A stretch of DNA of 64,000 bases from Polyangiaceae bacterium (GCA_033763455.1 JANRKO010000008.1:40051-104050), one strand, 5' to 3'. Numbered from the stretch's first letter, positions 18,976 through 28,785 are shown. Numbers and translations: made by a program. Notes: a model not told the origin generated them from the letters alone.

Positions 18976-19917
18976 TCACGTGCGGTCAGAAAATCGGATC
19001 GCCTGCACTAGGTAGGTTCGGCTCTTGGTTTTCCACAACCAGGGCTCGTACTCTTCGAGCGGTGCCGACTGGGCCATAGATGGATCGGTGGCTTGGATAG
19101 ACTCCAGCATCTTAGGATTGCCACCGCTGTACACTTTGCCTGATTCCAGCAGCTGGGCGAGCAACGCGCGGGGAGACACCACTTTGAGCGCATCTTCAAT
19201 CGGATATAGGCTTGTGGAGCTCACATCCGACACCCAAAGGGAGGTGCCCCCCTCGGCTTTTCGCAACCCCAAAAGAACACGTAAATGCACCATCATGAGG
19301 GAGAGGCGCAGCGTTTCGAGCCTTGGGTGCTCTCTGGTTAACATTTCGCTCAACGCCCATGAAAGCTGCGTGGAAATACAGCACGATACGCACACATCAA
19401 AAGGGCCGGGCAAGCGAGCAATGAGCGATGCGCTGGAGGCATGCACAAGCTTCAAGAGCTCGACGGCGAACACATTGGGTGGAATGAGGCCGTCGGCGTC
19501 CAGGGCTCGAAGTGCGGGCAGAGCTGGGAAAATTCCGGAAAGATCAAAAGGAGCGTGAGCGAAGAGCTTGCCCCGGATGGCTTCGGGTTGGCGCGAAATG
19601 GCTCCAGCTACCGCCCGATCATCAATGTCCACGAGGTGCACTTCGGCAAAGTGCTCACACAGAAGCTCAAGATCTACGTCGTTGCAGTTACCAGCGCCAA
19701 GCAAGCAGAGCCTTTTGCCTGGCCCCCCAAACGATGCGACCAGGGAGGTGAGGCGCTCGCGGTGAGAGGTGTAGAGCTCGCGTGAGTCGAGCCCATTTCT
19801 ATTCGCTGTACGCTCGCGTTCGGAGACCCAGCCCACTGGATCATGCATGGCCCCCACGAGCTTGGGCTTGCCTTGGGGCTTCAGCTTAGACTTGGGCTTA
19901 CGCTTGGGTTTCACCAT
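18976..19917 (-). CDS. Hypothetical protein, SAM-dependent methyltransferase-like fold
   Basis: LCLLGAGNCND motif I-like, VHLVDID motif II, FDVCVS; alternative start at 19848. Confidence 0.55.
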   Translation of the reverse strand: MVKPKRKPKSKLKPQGKPKLVGAMHDPVGWVSERERTANRNGLDSRELYTSHRERLTSLVASFGGPGKRLCLLGAGNCNDVDLELLCEHFAEVHLVDIDDRAVAGAISRQPEAIRGKLFAHAPFDLSGIFPALPALRALDADGLIPPNVFAVELLKLVHASSASLIARLPGPFDVCVSCCISTQLSWALSEMLTREHPRLETLRLSLMMVHLRVLLGLRKAEGGTSLWVSDVSSTSLYPIEDALKVVSPRALLAQLLESGKVYSGGNPKMLESIQATDPSMAQSAPLEEYEPWLWKTKSRTYLVQAIRFSDRT

Positions 19918-21214
19918 CGTAGGGGATCACCTTGTAACTCTTGAGATCTAAGATCTTCTCTTTGAGTTGCTCCGCAATGAGCTTTTCCGTGCACACCACC
20001 ACAATCAGTAGATCTTTCGGGGAGATCCTGTTGGCAACAGCTTGATTGGCCTGCTCAAGCGTTACGGCTTGAATGTTCTCCAGGTAGTGTTCGTGATAGC
20101 CGGCGGGCAGATCGTAGAGCGCTTCGTCTAACTTCTGGGCGACGCGCTTGCTGGCTGTATCCACGGAAAATGCATGAGAACGGATCAGGTAATTCTTGGC
20201 CCAATCAAGCTCCGCCTGAGTTACGCCCTCTTTGCACCATTGCTCAATGAGGGCGAGCTCGAGCTCGATACACGGAGCCGCATCTTCCGCTTTGGGAAAG
20301 GTGAGGATGCTGAATGCCTGGCGTTGCCTATCATAGGGAATGTTGGAGGAAGCGCCGTAGGACCAGCCCCGCTTGGAGCGAACTTCGTGCATCAAACGCG
20401 AGGTAAAGGTACCGCCAAAGACCGTGTTGGCGACGTGCAAGGCGGTGTGATCGGCATCTTTGGGGTGTGAACCGCGAGTTCCGATCAGGATCTGCGTCTG
20501 GGTCCGTTCGGGCTTGTCGACCACGACCAAATGGCGCCCGCTCACGAAATTGGGCTCACCCACCTCCACTGTGCTCGTTGCTCCTACGGGAGCTGCCGCT
20601 GCTATTTTTGCGGCGAAACGTTCGGCCTGTTCGGTATCAATGTCACCGGCGAACGCACACAACAAACGACCGCGGTCAATCATGCGTGTCGCGTGCTGCT
20701 GCGCATCAGCGTGCTCAATCTTTGGGACGGAGGGCAAGGTGCCGCCAGCGGGGCGACCGTACGGGTGGCCGGCGAACAATTCGCGGCGGAACCAGTGGCG
20801 GGCAATAGACTGATCACTGTCCAACATCGATAGAAGTTCGGCTTGCGATTCGCCCTTTAACTTGTTGAACTCGTGTTCACTCAGCGATGCCTTCCCGACA
20901 ACATCTTGGATGACGTTCACATAGGCCTCCAGGGACCGCGAGATGCAGGTTCCCTGGAAGGAAATCGCGCTGTGCGACACATCCACCCCCAACGACGACC
21001 CAAGTGTATCAATACGTGTATCGAGTTGATCGGCACTGAGCCCCGCACCGGTGCGGCGCATCAGACGCCCCGTTAAGCGGGTGAGCCCTTCTTTGCCCAC
21101 CGGATCGAGTACGGACCCTTGGGTAAACGTAACGGATACTGAAACCAACGGGACTGCCCGGCTGGTTTCCACGAGCACCTGGGAGCCCGATCCATCTTTA
21201 GACGCAGAAATCAT
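19898..21214 (-). CDS. M16 peptidase, non-catalytic (beta-type) subunit
   Basis: M16 fold motifs (GKEGLT, FGGTFTSRL..EVRSKRGWSY) with no HXXEH. Confidence 0.85.
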   Translation of the reverse strand: MISASKDGSGSQVLVETSRAVPLVSVSVTFTQGSVLDPVGKEGLTRLTGRLMRRTGAGLSADQLDTRIDTLGSSLGVDVSHSAISFQGTCISRSLEAYVNVIQDVVGKASLSEHEFNKLKGESQAELLSMLDSDQSIARHWFRRELFAGHPYGRPAGGTLPSVPKIEHADAQQHATRMIDRGRLLCAFAGDIDTEQAERFAAKIAAAAPVGATSTVEVGEPNFVSGRHLVVVDKPERTQTQILIGTRGSHPKDADHTALHVANTVFGGTFTSRLMHEVRSKRGWSYGASSNIPYDRQRQAFSILTFPKAEDAAPCIELELALIEQWCKEGVTQAELDWAKNYLIRSHAFSVDTASKRVAQKLDEALYDLPAGYHEHYLENIQAVTLEQANQAVANRISPKDLLIVVVCTEKLIAEQLKEKILDLKSYKVIPYDGETQA

Positions 21215-22626
21215 GCGGCCTCCGCGTCGGAGTCATCACTGTCACCCACATCATCAGGTTCTTCTTCCTTTGCCCGAACAAACAGCACCGTGCGCTGGGT
21301 GTCGACGAAATAGCGGCGTGCTACTCGGCGTAGATCGCTCTGGGCGACTCGCTGTTCCAAGGTGAGGCGATCGAAGGCGGCGGCGGGTTGCCCCAAGACG
21401 GTTTCGTAGAATCCCAAAGTGGAAGCTTTGCCATCAGCTGTTTCAAGGCTTGCTAAGAGTGCCAACTCGTTGCGCGCTAGGGCTCGGTCCATTTCCTCTT
21501 GGGCTACCGGCTCTTCTTTCACACGTGCGAGCTCTTCCTCAATAACGGTTAACAACTCTTCGGCCGTGTGCCCTTCGCGCGCCGAGGCGTAAATCTCAAG
21601 TAAGCTCGGATCCCGAAAGGGCCCCACTGAGATCCTAACCTCTGATGCAAGCTCTAGCTCTCGCACCAGCCGTCGATACAACCTGCTGGCTCGCCCGCCC
21701 GCCAATACCTCTCCGAGCAACGACAGCGCGGGGTAGTCAAAGTCACCAAACGCGGGGCTCTTGTATCCAATTACCAGCTTCTCCGTTTGGGTTGGTTTTT
21801 CGATGACGAGCCTTCGTTCCTCGGTCTGCGGGGGTTCGGGCCGCACATCTTCCAGCGGGACGCTGGAGCGCGGCATGGATCCGTAATGCTGGCTGATGGC
21901 GGCTAGAACCTCTTTAGGGTTTACGTCCCCGGCCACGACGACGGTGGCATTGTTGGGGGCGTAATAGGTTCGATAAAAACCAAGGCAATCTTCCACCGTG
22001 AAGTTCTCGATGTCTTTCATCCAACCGATGGTGGGCCAGCGATAGGCGTGCTCGGTGAACGCTGTGGCCCACAGCAGCTCATTGATTGCCCCGTCTACGT
22101 CATCTTCGACGCGGTAGCGTCGCTCATTGGCCACCACCTCTTTTTCGCTGTCCAGCTGGGGCGGCTTCAAGACGAGCCGAGCCATGCGTTCGGCTTCCAG
22201 GGGAATAGCGGTTAACAACTGGCTCTTGGGCAGGGCAGTGCTGTATTGCGTCCAATCGAGCCATGTGGAGGCGTTCACCTCTGCACCCGCCTCTTCCATT
22301 TTTCGGTCGAATTCCCCAGCAGGCAGATTTTCCGATTCGTTGAACATCAGGTGCTCGAACAAGTGCGAGAGCCCCGTCTTGCCCACTTGTTCGTGCCGCG
22401 AACCCACGCTGAACCAGGTGTGGTACGCCACCACCGGGGCCTCGTGATCTTCAACGAGCAAGAGATTCAAGCCGTTGGCAAGCTGGTAGCGATCGACCGT
22501 GAGCGCTTTGCCAAAAGGGAGCGTTTCGACGAACCGAACGCGGCCACCCTCCGGGGCGTTTTGGTTGACCTCTTCGAGCCATGCTTTTCGGGTAACGTCG
22601 CTGCTAGACGTGCGGGGATCTGTCAT
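21211..22626 (-). CDS. M16 zinc peptidase, catalytic subunit
   Basis: VGSRHE..GKTGLSHLFEHLMF (HXXEH), EKEVVANERR, YYAPNNA. Confidence 0.92.
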   Translation of the reverse strand: MTDPRTSSSDVTRKAWLEEVNQNAPEGGRVRFVETLPFGKALTVDRYQLANGLNLLLVEDHEAPVVAYHTWFSVGSRHEQVGKTGLSHLFEHLMFNESENLPAGEFDRKMEEAGAEVNASTWLDWTQYSTALPKSQLLTAIPLEAERMARLVLKPPQLDSEKEVVANERRYRVEDDVDGAINELLWATAFTEHAYRWPTIGWMKDIENFTVEDCLGFYRTYYAPNNATVVVAGDVNPKEVLAAISQHYGSMPRSSVPLEDVRPEPPQTEERRLVIEKPTQTEKLVIGYKSPAFGDFDYPALSLLGEVLAGGRASRLYRRLVRELELASEVRISVGPFRDPSLLEIYASAREGHTAEELLTVIEEELARVKEEPVAQEEMDRALARNELALLASLETADGKASTLGFYETVLGQPAAAFDRLTLEQRVAQSDLRRVARRYFVDTQRTVLFVRAKEEEPDDVGDSDDSDAEAA

Positions 22627-22674
22627 GCGGGTTTAGAAGTCCTAGCGCCAACTCGGCAGAGAACCAAGCCCGCC

Positions 22675-24480
22675 TCAGTTCTCAAGCTTCAGAACCGCTA
22701 GGAAAGCTTCCTGAGGCAGATCCACTCGCCCCACGCTCTTCATGCGCTTTTTGCCCTCTTTCTGCCTTTCGAGGAGCTTGCGCTTGCGGCTAATGTCACC
22801 ACCATAGCACTTCGCCGTAACGTCTTTGCGCATGGCTCGCACTGTCTCACGGCTGATGATCTTGGCGCCAATGGTCGCTTGGATCGCCACGTCAAACTGT
22901 TGGCGAGGCACGAGCTCCTTCAATTTTGATGCGAGCTGTCGGCCTCGAAAGATGCTGGTATCCCGGTGCAGGATTACGCTCAGTGCGTCAAGGGCTTCAC
23001 CGTTAATCAGCATGTCAAGCTTCACGAGGTCCGAGGTGCGGTACCCAATGAGCTCGTAATCCATACTCGCGTAGCCACGAGACTGACTCTTCAGCTTATC
23101 GTGAAAATCCAAGATCACCTCGGAGAGCGGCAACTCGTACGTTACCACCACGTGGTCGGGGCTCGGGTAGACGAGGCCGAGCTGGATGCCCCGCCGTTCC
23201 TCGCACAAGGTCACCACTGCGCCCACGAAGGTGTTGGGTACATGGACGGTCACCTTCATTACAGGCTCTTCGATGCTTTCAATGTCGCCAGCGCCAGGCA
23301 GCTTGGAGGGGTTGTCGACCTGTACAACAGTGCCGTCGCGCTTGTGCGCGAGGTACACCACGCTGGGTGCTGTGGTGATGAGGTCGAGGTTGTACTCCCG
23401 CTCCAGGCGTTCCTGAATGATCTCCATGTGTAGGAGGCCTAAAAATCCGCAACGGAACCCAAAACCCAAAGCTTCGGAGGTGTCGGGTTCGAACTTGAAG
23501 GATGCGTCGTTCAGGTGCAGCTTGCTGAGGGCATCCCGGAGATCCTCGTAATCCGCAGAATCCGTCGGGAAGAGGCCAGCGAACACCATGGGCTTAACTT
23601 CCTTAAAGCCTGGCAGGGCCTCCGGGAGTTCTTTACCACTGTGGGTGATCGTGTCGCCGATCTTGGTGTCTTCAACGCTTTTGATTTGCGCGGCGATAAA
23701 CCCAACCTCGCCCACTCCGAGCTCGTTGAGTCGCATCGGGTGTGGAGCGAAACAGCCAACTTCGGTCACCTCGTAGGCACCGCGAGTAGCCATGAACAAG
23801 ATCTTGTCGCCCTTCTTCAGGTGGCCATCCACCACTTTCACCATGACCACGGCGCCGCGGTAGCTGTCGTACCAGCTGTCAAAAACGAGCGCGCGAAGCA
23901 GGCCGTTCGGATTGCCGTTCGGTGGCGGAATACGGGTAACAATGGCCTCGAGCAAATCCGGCACCCCAAGGCCAGTCTTGCCGCTTGTGAGCACGGCGCC
24001 GCTGCATTCAAGGCCAATCACGTCTTCGATCATCTTCGCTGCGCGATCGACGTCAGAAGACGGCAAATCAACCTTGTTGATGACCGGCACAATCTCGAGC
24101 TCATTTTCTACGGCCAGGTAAGCGTTGGCCACCGTCTGCGCCTGCACACCCTGGGTGGAGTCAACCACCAAGAGGGCCCCTTCGCACGCGCGCAGGCTGC
24201 TCGCGACTTCGTAGTGGAAATCCACGTGCCCTGGAGTGTCGATGAGCTGGAGCTGGTACTCGAGCCCATCTTTGGCTTTGTACTTGAGGCGGACCGACTG
24301 GGCCTTGATGGTGATGCCCCGTTCGCGTTCGATGTCCATCTTATCGAGGAACTGATCGACCATCTCGCGCTGGGTAAGAGCGCCCGTCATCTGAAGCAGC
24401 CTATCGGCCAGCGTGCTTTTGCCGTGATCGACGTGCGCGATGATAGAAAAATTGCGGATGAGCTTGGGATCTATGGGCAT
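22675..24480 (-). CDS. lepA: Translation elongation factor 4 (LepA)
   Basis: [59 protein letters not shown]. Confidence 0.97.
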   Translation of the reverse strand: MPIDPKLIRNFSIIAHVDHGKSTLADRLLQMTGALTQREMVDQFLDKMDIERERGITIKAQSVRLKYKAKDGLEYQLQLIDTPGHVDFHYEVASSLRACEGALLVVDSTQGVQAQTVANAYLAVENELEIVPVINKVDLPSSDVDRAAKMIEDVIGLECSGAVLTSGKTGLGVPDLLEAIVTRIPPPNGNPNGLLRALVFDSWYDSYRGAVVMVKVVDGHLKKGDKILFMATRGAYEVTEVGCFAPHPMRLNELGVGEVGFIAAQIKSVEDTKIGDTITHSGKELPEALPGFKEVKPMVFAGLFPTDSADYEDLRDALSKLHLNDASFKFEPDTSEALGFGFRCGFLGLLHMEIIQERLEREYNLDLITTAPSVVYLAHKRDGTVVQVDNPSKLPGAGDIESIEEPVMKVTVHVPNTFVGAVVTLCEERRGIQLGLVYPSPDHVVVTYELPLSEVILDFHDKLKSQSRGYASMDYELIGYRTSDLVKLDMLINGEALDALSVILHRDTSIFRGRQLASKLKELVPRQQFDVAIQATIGAKIISRETVRAMRKDVTAKCYGGDISRKRKLLERQKEGKKRMKSVGRVDLPQEAFLAVLKLEN

Positions 24481-24542
24481 GGGCTCGGAAGGGCAGGTGA
24501 GTTACCGGGCGCCTCCCTAGCACGCGGTAACAGAGAACGCGC

Positions 24543-24746
24543 TCACTTCTGCGACGCTTTGGCCGCAGGCCCCTCAGTGAGACTCATTTGCCCAGGAAGC
24601 GCGTGTTCGTAGCGCTTCAAGACCAGGTCAATCCCCTCCCGGATATACACGGCGACCGGGACCTTGGTGCGGTCATGCAGGAGGTGCAGGCGGTCGTTTT
24701 GCTCCGGCGTGATGTAGACAGTTGTTGAGATTTTCTTGCGCGACAT
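24543..24746 (-). CDS. cdbA: Ribbon-helix-helix DNA-binding protein, CdbA-like (c-di-GMP-binding nucleoid protein)
   Basis: MSRKKISTTVYITPEQNDRL..L..RTKVPVAVYIREGIDLVL...LPGQ resembles Myxococcus CdbA as I recall it; start placed at ATG 24746. Confidence 0.75.
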   Translation of the reverse strand: MSRKKISTTVYITPEQNDRLHLLHDRTKVPVAVYIREGIDLVLKRYEHALPGQMSLTEGPAAKASQK

Positions 24747-24767
24747 CGATCCGACCTGCCAGCTGTT

Positions 24768-24796
24768 ACAATAGATTCCCATACGTATGGTGTCAA
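24768..24796 (-). promoter_or_regulatory. Sigma-70 promoter of the RHH gene with a palindrome in the spacer
   Basis: Minus strand TTGACA-17 bp-TATTGT; the spacer contains the perfect 12-bp palindrome CCATACGTATGG (24779-24790). Confidence 0.7.
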
Positions 24797-24834
24797 TTAG
24801 CGAGCCTGGCAGGGATGTGGAAAATATTGAGTTA

Positions 24835-24847
24835 AATCAACATCTTA
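24835..24847 (+). promoter_or_regulatory. IHF-consensus site
   Basis: AATCAACATCTTA fits WATCAANNNNTTR within an AT-rich patch. Confidence 0.35.
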
Positions 24848-25141
24848 ATTGAACGAGCGGACCCTCCATTTCGCCTCCTCGGCCTCACCTGAGGACCTTG
24901 GCGGCCTGGCCGAGGCGCCTGCACCATGCATGGGAAGGCCATAGGGCCGGACAGGCGAAGCCGGGACGCAACGCCACCATCAGCGTCCCTACATCGGTTC
25001 GCTAGCCGGAGGGGCTCTTATCATTAAGAAAGACACCGCGAGAGGGTCAGTAAAGCGAAGCCTAGAGATAAGGCGCTTTCTCCGAGAGGCGTTGCAGCCC
25101 TAGACTGTTCGGTGAACCTGAGGTCCTGTGGTGATTCGATC

Positions 25142-25930
25142 ATGAACGTGAAATTGCATGGCGGGGGAAGTGCGTGTGTCCGAGGCTTGCTGAAGGGGGT
25201 CGCGCTGTTGGGCAGTTGCGGTTGGCTTGTGGCGTGCGCCGCTTCCACCAGCGGGGGCGCCAAATCAGCCGACGGCGTCATCGAGAAGCGTGATACTACG
25301 ATTGAGCACGAAGCCTGCGACACGAAGGGCGCTTCAGAGCGCTTGGACGCGAACGCTGATGGCACCGCAGAGATCGTGATCGTTCGCTCTGGTGACCGAG
25401 AGATCTGTCGGAGTGTGGACCTCAACTTTGACGGCGTGCCGGACGCGTGGGCATTCCTCGACGCACAGGGCAAGCTTCGACGCAAGGAGCTCGACTTCGA
25501 TCGAGATGGTCGTATCGACGAGATCGACTTGTTTCAGAACGGTGTGATTTCCGAAAAACGCCGAGCCACAAGTCTGGCGAATCGTCTCGACACCTGGGAC
25601 TTTTTCCAGGGAGGAAAGTTGGCGCGCACCGAGCGCGACTCCAACGGTGACGCTGTAGTGGACCAATGGTGGGAGTATCCCCAGCCGGGCTGCCCGCTCA
25701 TTCACTCAGATAGCAACGGAGATGGGCGTCCGGATCCAGGAGCGACCATCAATTACTGCAAGGAAACGGGTTATGTGCCCCCTGAGCGCCAAGCGGACAG
25801 CGGACCCAAGACGCCCGACTTCCAGCGCCCAGGGGATTCGCTTCCTACCGAAACGGAAGAGAAGACCAAGGCCCCACCAGCAGATGCCGAAGCGCCCAAG
25901 AGCGCCGCGCCGGAGGGAGATAAGAAATGA
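25142..25930 (+). CDS. Lipoprotein with Dx(N/D)xDG beta-hairpin repeats
   Basis: WLVAC lipobox; DANADG, DLNFDG, DFDRDG, DSNGDA, DSNGDG repeats; Pro/Ala tail. Confidence 0.7.
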   Translation: MNVKLHGGGSACVRGLLKGVALLGSCGWLVACAASTSGGAKSADGVIEKRDTTIEHEACDTKGASERLDANADGTAEIVIVRSGDREICRSVDLNFDGVPDAWAFLDAQGKLRRKELDFDRDGRIDEIDLFQNGVISEKRRATSLANRLDTWDFFQGGKLARTERDSNGDAVVDQWWEYPQPGCPLIHSDSNGDGRPDPGATINYCKETGYVPPERQADSGPKTPDFQRPGDSLPTETEEKTKAPPADAEAPKSAAPEGDKK

Positions 25931-26724
25931 AGCGATATGGTTTGTTATTCGTTGCGGCCCCGCTTCTCGCGAGCGCCTGCGGAGGCGAGAACAAGATGCC
26001 GGCTGTTGCTCCCGGCAGTGATCGCGTTACGCGGGGTGTTTCCGCGAGTGAACGGTCGCGTTGCGATTACCAGGGGCGCGCGGATCGCGAAACTGTGGAA
26101 ACTGCAGGTCCGGGGTCGATCACACCGAACATTCGTCGAGTGTTCTCGCTGGTTGGGGATGGAGAAGATCGGCACCGCACGATCCTGTGTCGCGAGGTCG
26201 ACACCAATCTGGATGGCGTAAAAGATGTGGTGCGCACCTATTCGGAGAAAGGTGAGGTAGCAAGCGAGCTTGCCGATTCAAACTTCGACGGTGTTATCGA
26301 TACCTGGATCACCTTCAGTAATGGTCGCCGTGCGAAAGTTCAGCTCGACAAGAACGCAGACGGCAAGGCAGATGAGACTCGCTACTACATGCGAGGGAAG
26401 CTGAGCCGAGTTCAGCGCGACCAAAACCACGACGGTCGCACAGACGTATGGGAAATTTACGAAGACGGTCACCTCACGCGGATGGGGGTAGATCTCGACA
26501 ACGACGGCCGGGTTGACCGTTGGAATCGCGATGAGATTGTCGCCAGAGCGGCAGCCGCCGAGGAAACTCGCCAGGCAGAGGAAGAAGCCAAGAAGGCTGC
26601 GGCAGAGAAAGCGGCCGAAGAGGCTCCAAAGGCAAGTAAGAGGCCGACTCGCTCCACGCAGGCGGCCGCTCCGGAAGCGGCTCCCCCCAAAGCTGAGGCT
26701 GCCCCGAAGGAAGAACAGAAGTAA
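25927..26724 (+). CDS. Second lipoprotein with Dx(N/D)xDG repeats
   Basis: LASAC lipobox; DTNLDG, DSNFDG, DKNADG, DQNHDG, DLDNDG; AKE-rich tail; ATGA-type start overlapping the previous gene's end. Confidence 0.75.
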   Translation: MKRYGLLFVAAPLLASACGGENKMPAVAPGSDRVTRGVSASERSRCDYQGRADRETVETAGPGSITPNIRRVFSLVGDGEDRHRTILCREVDTNLDGVKDVVRTYSEKGEVASELADSNFDGVIDTWITFSNGRRAKVQLDKNADGKADETRYYMRGKLSRVQRDQNHDGRTDVWEIYEDGHLTRMGVDLDNDGRVDRWNRDEIVARAAAAEETRQAEEEAKKAAAEKAAEEAPKASKRPTRSTQAAAPEAAPPKAEAAPKEEQK

Positions 26725-26804
26725 GCCCAAGCGCTGTGCTAAGCGTGGCCCCGTGCTGCCTTATCCCGCCCCCGGTGCCCTACCGATTTCAAAAAACGTG
26801 ACCT

Positions 26805-28016
26805 GTGGCTGACGAGCGTTTGCAGAAAATCCTGGCGGCTGCAGGCATTGCTTCGCGCCGAGCAGCTGAGGAAGTGATCACTGCCGGACGCGTTCGGGTG
26901 AACGGCAGGTTGGTGCGTGAGCTCGGAATCAAAGCCAACCCGAAGCGCGATCGCATTGAGGTGGACGGGCAAGTCATCACGCGAGAACGCTTGGTCTACG
27001 TGGTGCTCAACAAACCCAAAGAGGTAATGAGCACATTGAAAGATCCCGAAGGCCGAGCAACGGTTGTTGACTTGGTGCGCATTCCGGGGGCCCGCGTGTC
27101 TCCAGTGGGCCGGCTTGATTATCACACGAGTGGCGTTTTGCTCCTCACCAACGACGGGGAGTTCTCCGCCAAGCTGCAGCACCCGCGCTATGGAGTTCCC
27201 AAGCGTTATAGCGTCAAGGTGCAGGGCGAGATGGACGAACGAACACTCGTGCGGTGGCGGGAGAGCATCATGATCGACGGGCGTGCCACGGTCCCCGCTG
27301 AGGTCACTCGCGTGCGCACCGAAGACGGCAAAACGTGGTTGAATATCTCGCTTCGCGAAGGGCGCAATCGCCACATTCGGCAGCTGGCCGAACACGCGGG
27401 CAGCCGCATCATGCGGCTAGTGCGCTTCGAGTACGCAGGCATTACTGCAGAAGGGTTGCACGCCGGGCAGTGGCGTTACCTTAACGTGGATGAATTGAAG
27501 GCCATCAAAGCAGCGCATGGTGTGCCGAAAAAAGTGGCAGCGCCGGCCGTGGACGCTGAAGAGGCGCGCGCTATTCACTCGGTACCATTTCGCAATTCGA
27601 GCAAAGGTGCGAAAAAGCGCTTCGCGGATGATGACGACGCTCCACCACGGCGGGCCTACAAGGCCGGCGAGGATGCTCGGCCTAACAGGAACCGTCGAGA
27701 TGTAGGCGTGGCGCGAGGGCGGGATTCTGGACCTACCCGAGGCCGTGATGCAGGACCTACGCGGGGGAGGGATTCGGGGCCTACGCGAGGGAGAGATTCG
27801 GGGCCTACGCGAGGAAGAGATTCTGGGTCTACGCGAGGAAGAGATTCTGGGTCTACGCGGGGGAGGGATACTGGACCTACGCGAGGAAGAGATACAGGAC
27901 CTGCACGAGGACGCGATGCTGCCGGGCGCGGAGCTCCTTCGCGCGATACCGAGCGAGCAGGTCGCCCGTTGTCTCGTGCGGGTGCGCGGGAAGCTGTGCG
28001 TCGCGGACGCGGTTAG
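26805..28016 (+). CDS. rluB: RsuA/RluB-family pseudouridine synthase with Arg/Gly repeat tail
   Basis: ERLQKILAAAGIASRRAAE S4, LNKP, PVGRLDYHTSGVLLLTNDG, EGRNRHIR. Confidence 0.88.
   Translation: MADERLQKILAAAGIASRRAAEEVITAGRVRVNGRLVRELGIKANPKRDRIEVDGQVITRERLVYVVLNKPKEVMSTLKDPEGRATVVDLVRIPGARVSPVGRLDYHTSGVLLLTNDGEFSAKLQHPRYGVPKRYSVKVQGEMDERTLVRWRESIMIDGRATVPAEVTRVRTEDGKTWLNISLREGRNRHIRQLAEHAGSRIMRLVRFEYAGITAEGLHAGQWRYLNVDELKAIKAAHGVPKKVAAPAVDAEEARAIHSVPFRNSSKGAKKRFADDDDAPPRRAYKAGEDARPNRNRRDVGVARGRDSGPTRGRDAGPTRGRDSGPTRGRDSGPTRGRDSGSTRGRDSGSTRGRDTGPTRGRDTGPARGRDAAGRGAPSRDTERAGRPLSRAGAREAVRRGRG
27714..27917 (+). repeat. In-frame 24-bp tandem repeat (8.5 units) encoding RGRD(S/A/T)G(P/S)T
   Basis: Contiguous units such as CGAGGAAGAGATTCTGGGTCTACG, with no spacers. 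Confidence 0.9.
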
Positions 28017-28058
28017 GAGCTTCGCTCTCGGTCACAGTTTTCATCGAGGAGTGCGAAC

Positions 28059-28076
28059 CAAGCCGAATTCGGCTTG
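28059..28076. promoter_or_regulatory. Perfect 18-bp palindrome CAAGCCGAATTCGGCTTG overlapping TTGACA
   Basis: Exact inverted repeat between rluB and the next gene; its right end runs into TTGACA (28074-28079). Confidence 0.45.
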
Positions 28077-28110
28077 ACAGCCTGCGCCCACGCGATCGAG
28101 CATCCGTGCG

Positions 28111-28785
28111 ATGCACATGCGCTACGCTCTCCAGGGCTCTTTGGTTGCTCTCGCTTTGGTGGCCTCTGCCGTTTCGGGATGTTCGGACGATTCTGGTGCC
28201 GCGTCGGGTTCCGGTGGTGCCAAAGCTAGCGGGGGAGCGTCGTCAGGGGGCACCAACGCCAGCACCGGGGGTAAAGTAGCGACTACTGGTGGAGCAAGTT
28301 CCGGCGGGGCCAGCGCTGCGACCGGTGGTCAGGCAACAGGCGGAGCTGCAGTGACGGGCGGATCATCAGCATCAGGCGGCTCAGCCGCGACAGGCGGAGC
28401 TGCTGCACTGGGTGGCTCAGCCGCGACGGGTGGAGCGGCAACCGGTGGCGGAGCTATAGGAACGGCGGCCTGTACGCTGCCTGATGCGGACGCGTCGGCA
28501 ATGGGGAAGACGTGTGTGGACTACTGCGAGGGCTGGTTGGGACCAGGTGGCAGTTGCCACGACATGGAAGGGTTCATGACAACCTACGTGGATGATATTG
28601 ACCAGTCGGACTGTCGTACGAAGTGCGCAGCGTTCACGCAGAGCCAATTCTGCTGCCGAATGCAACACGTCCTTTTGTCCGTGGCCGCCATTCCGGCCAA
28701 CTGGGAAAACGCCCAGCCCGCTGACTTTGCGGAAGAAATAGTTCACTGCGGTCACGCTGCGGGCACAACGCTCTGCCAGAATTGA
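28111..28785 (+). CDS. Myxobacterial-type lipoprotein: Gly/Ala/Ser/Thr linker plus 10-Cys C-terminal domain
   Basis: VSGC lipobox, (A/S)TGG repeats, C..YC...C...C...C..CCR..H...HC.HA.G...C pattern. Confidence 0.7.
   Translation: MHMRYALQGSLVALALVASAVSGCSDDSGAASGSGGAKASGGASSGGTNASTGGKVATTGGASSGGASAATGGQATGGAAVTGGSSASGGSAATGGAAALGGSAATGGAATGGGAIGTAACTLPDADASAMGKTCVDYCEGWLGPGGSCHDMEGFMTTYVDDIDQSDCRTKCAAFTQSQFCCRMQHVLLSVAAIPANWENAQPADFAEEIVHCGHAAGTTLCQN

Noticed and set aside
18429..19079. 216-aa alternative-frame ORF over hsp20
   Set aside because: Arg-rich off-frame translation of a clear Hsp20 gene.
23515..24612. 365-aa ORF antisense to lepA
   Set aside because: Shadow ORF caused by GC-rich codon bias; no recognisable motifs.
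27714..27917. Possible CRISPR array
   Set aside because: Units are contiguous with no unique spacers, lie in frame within rluB, and no cas genes are present.
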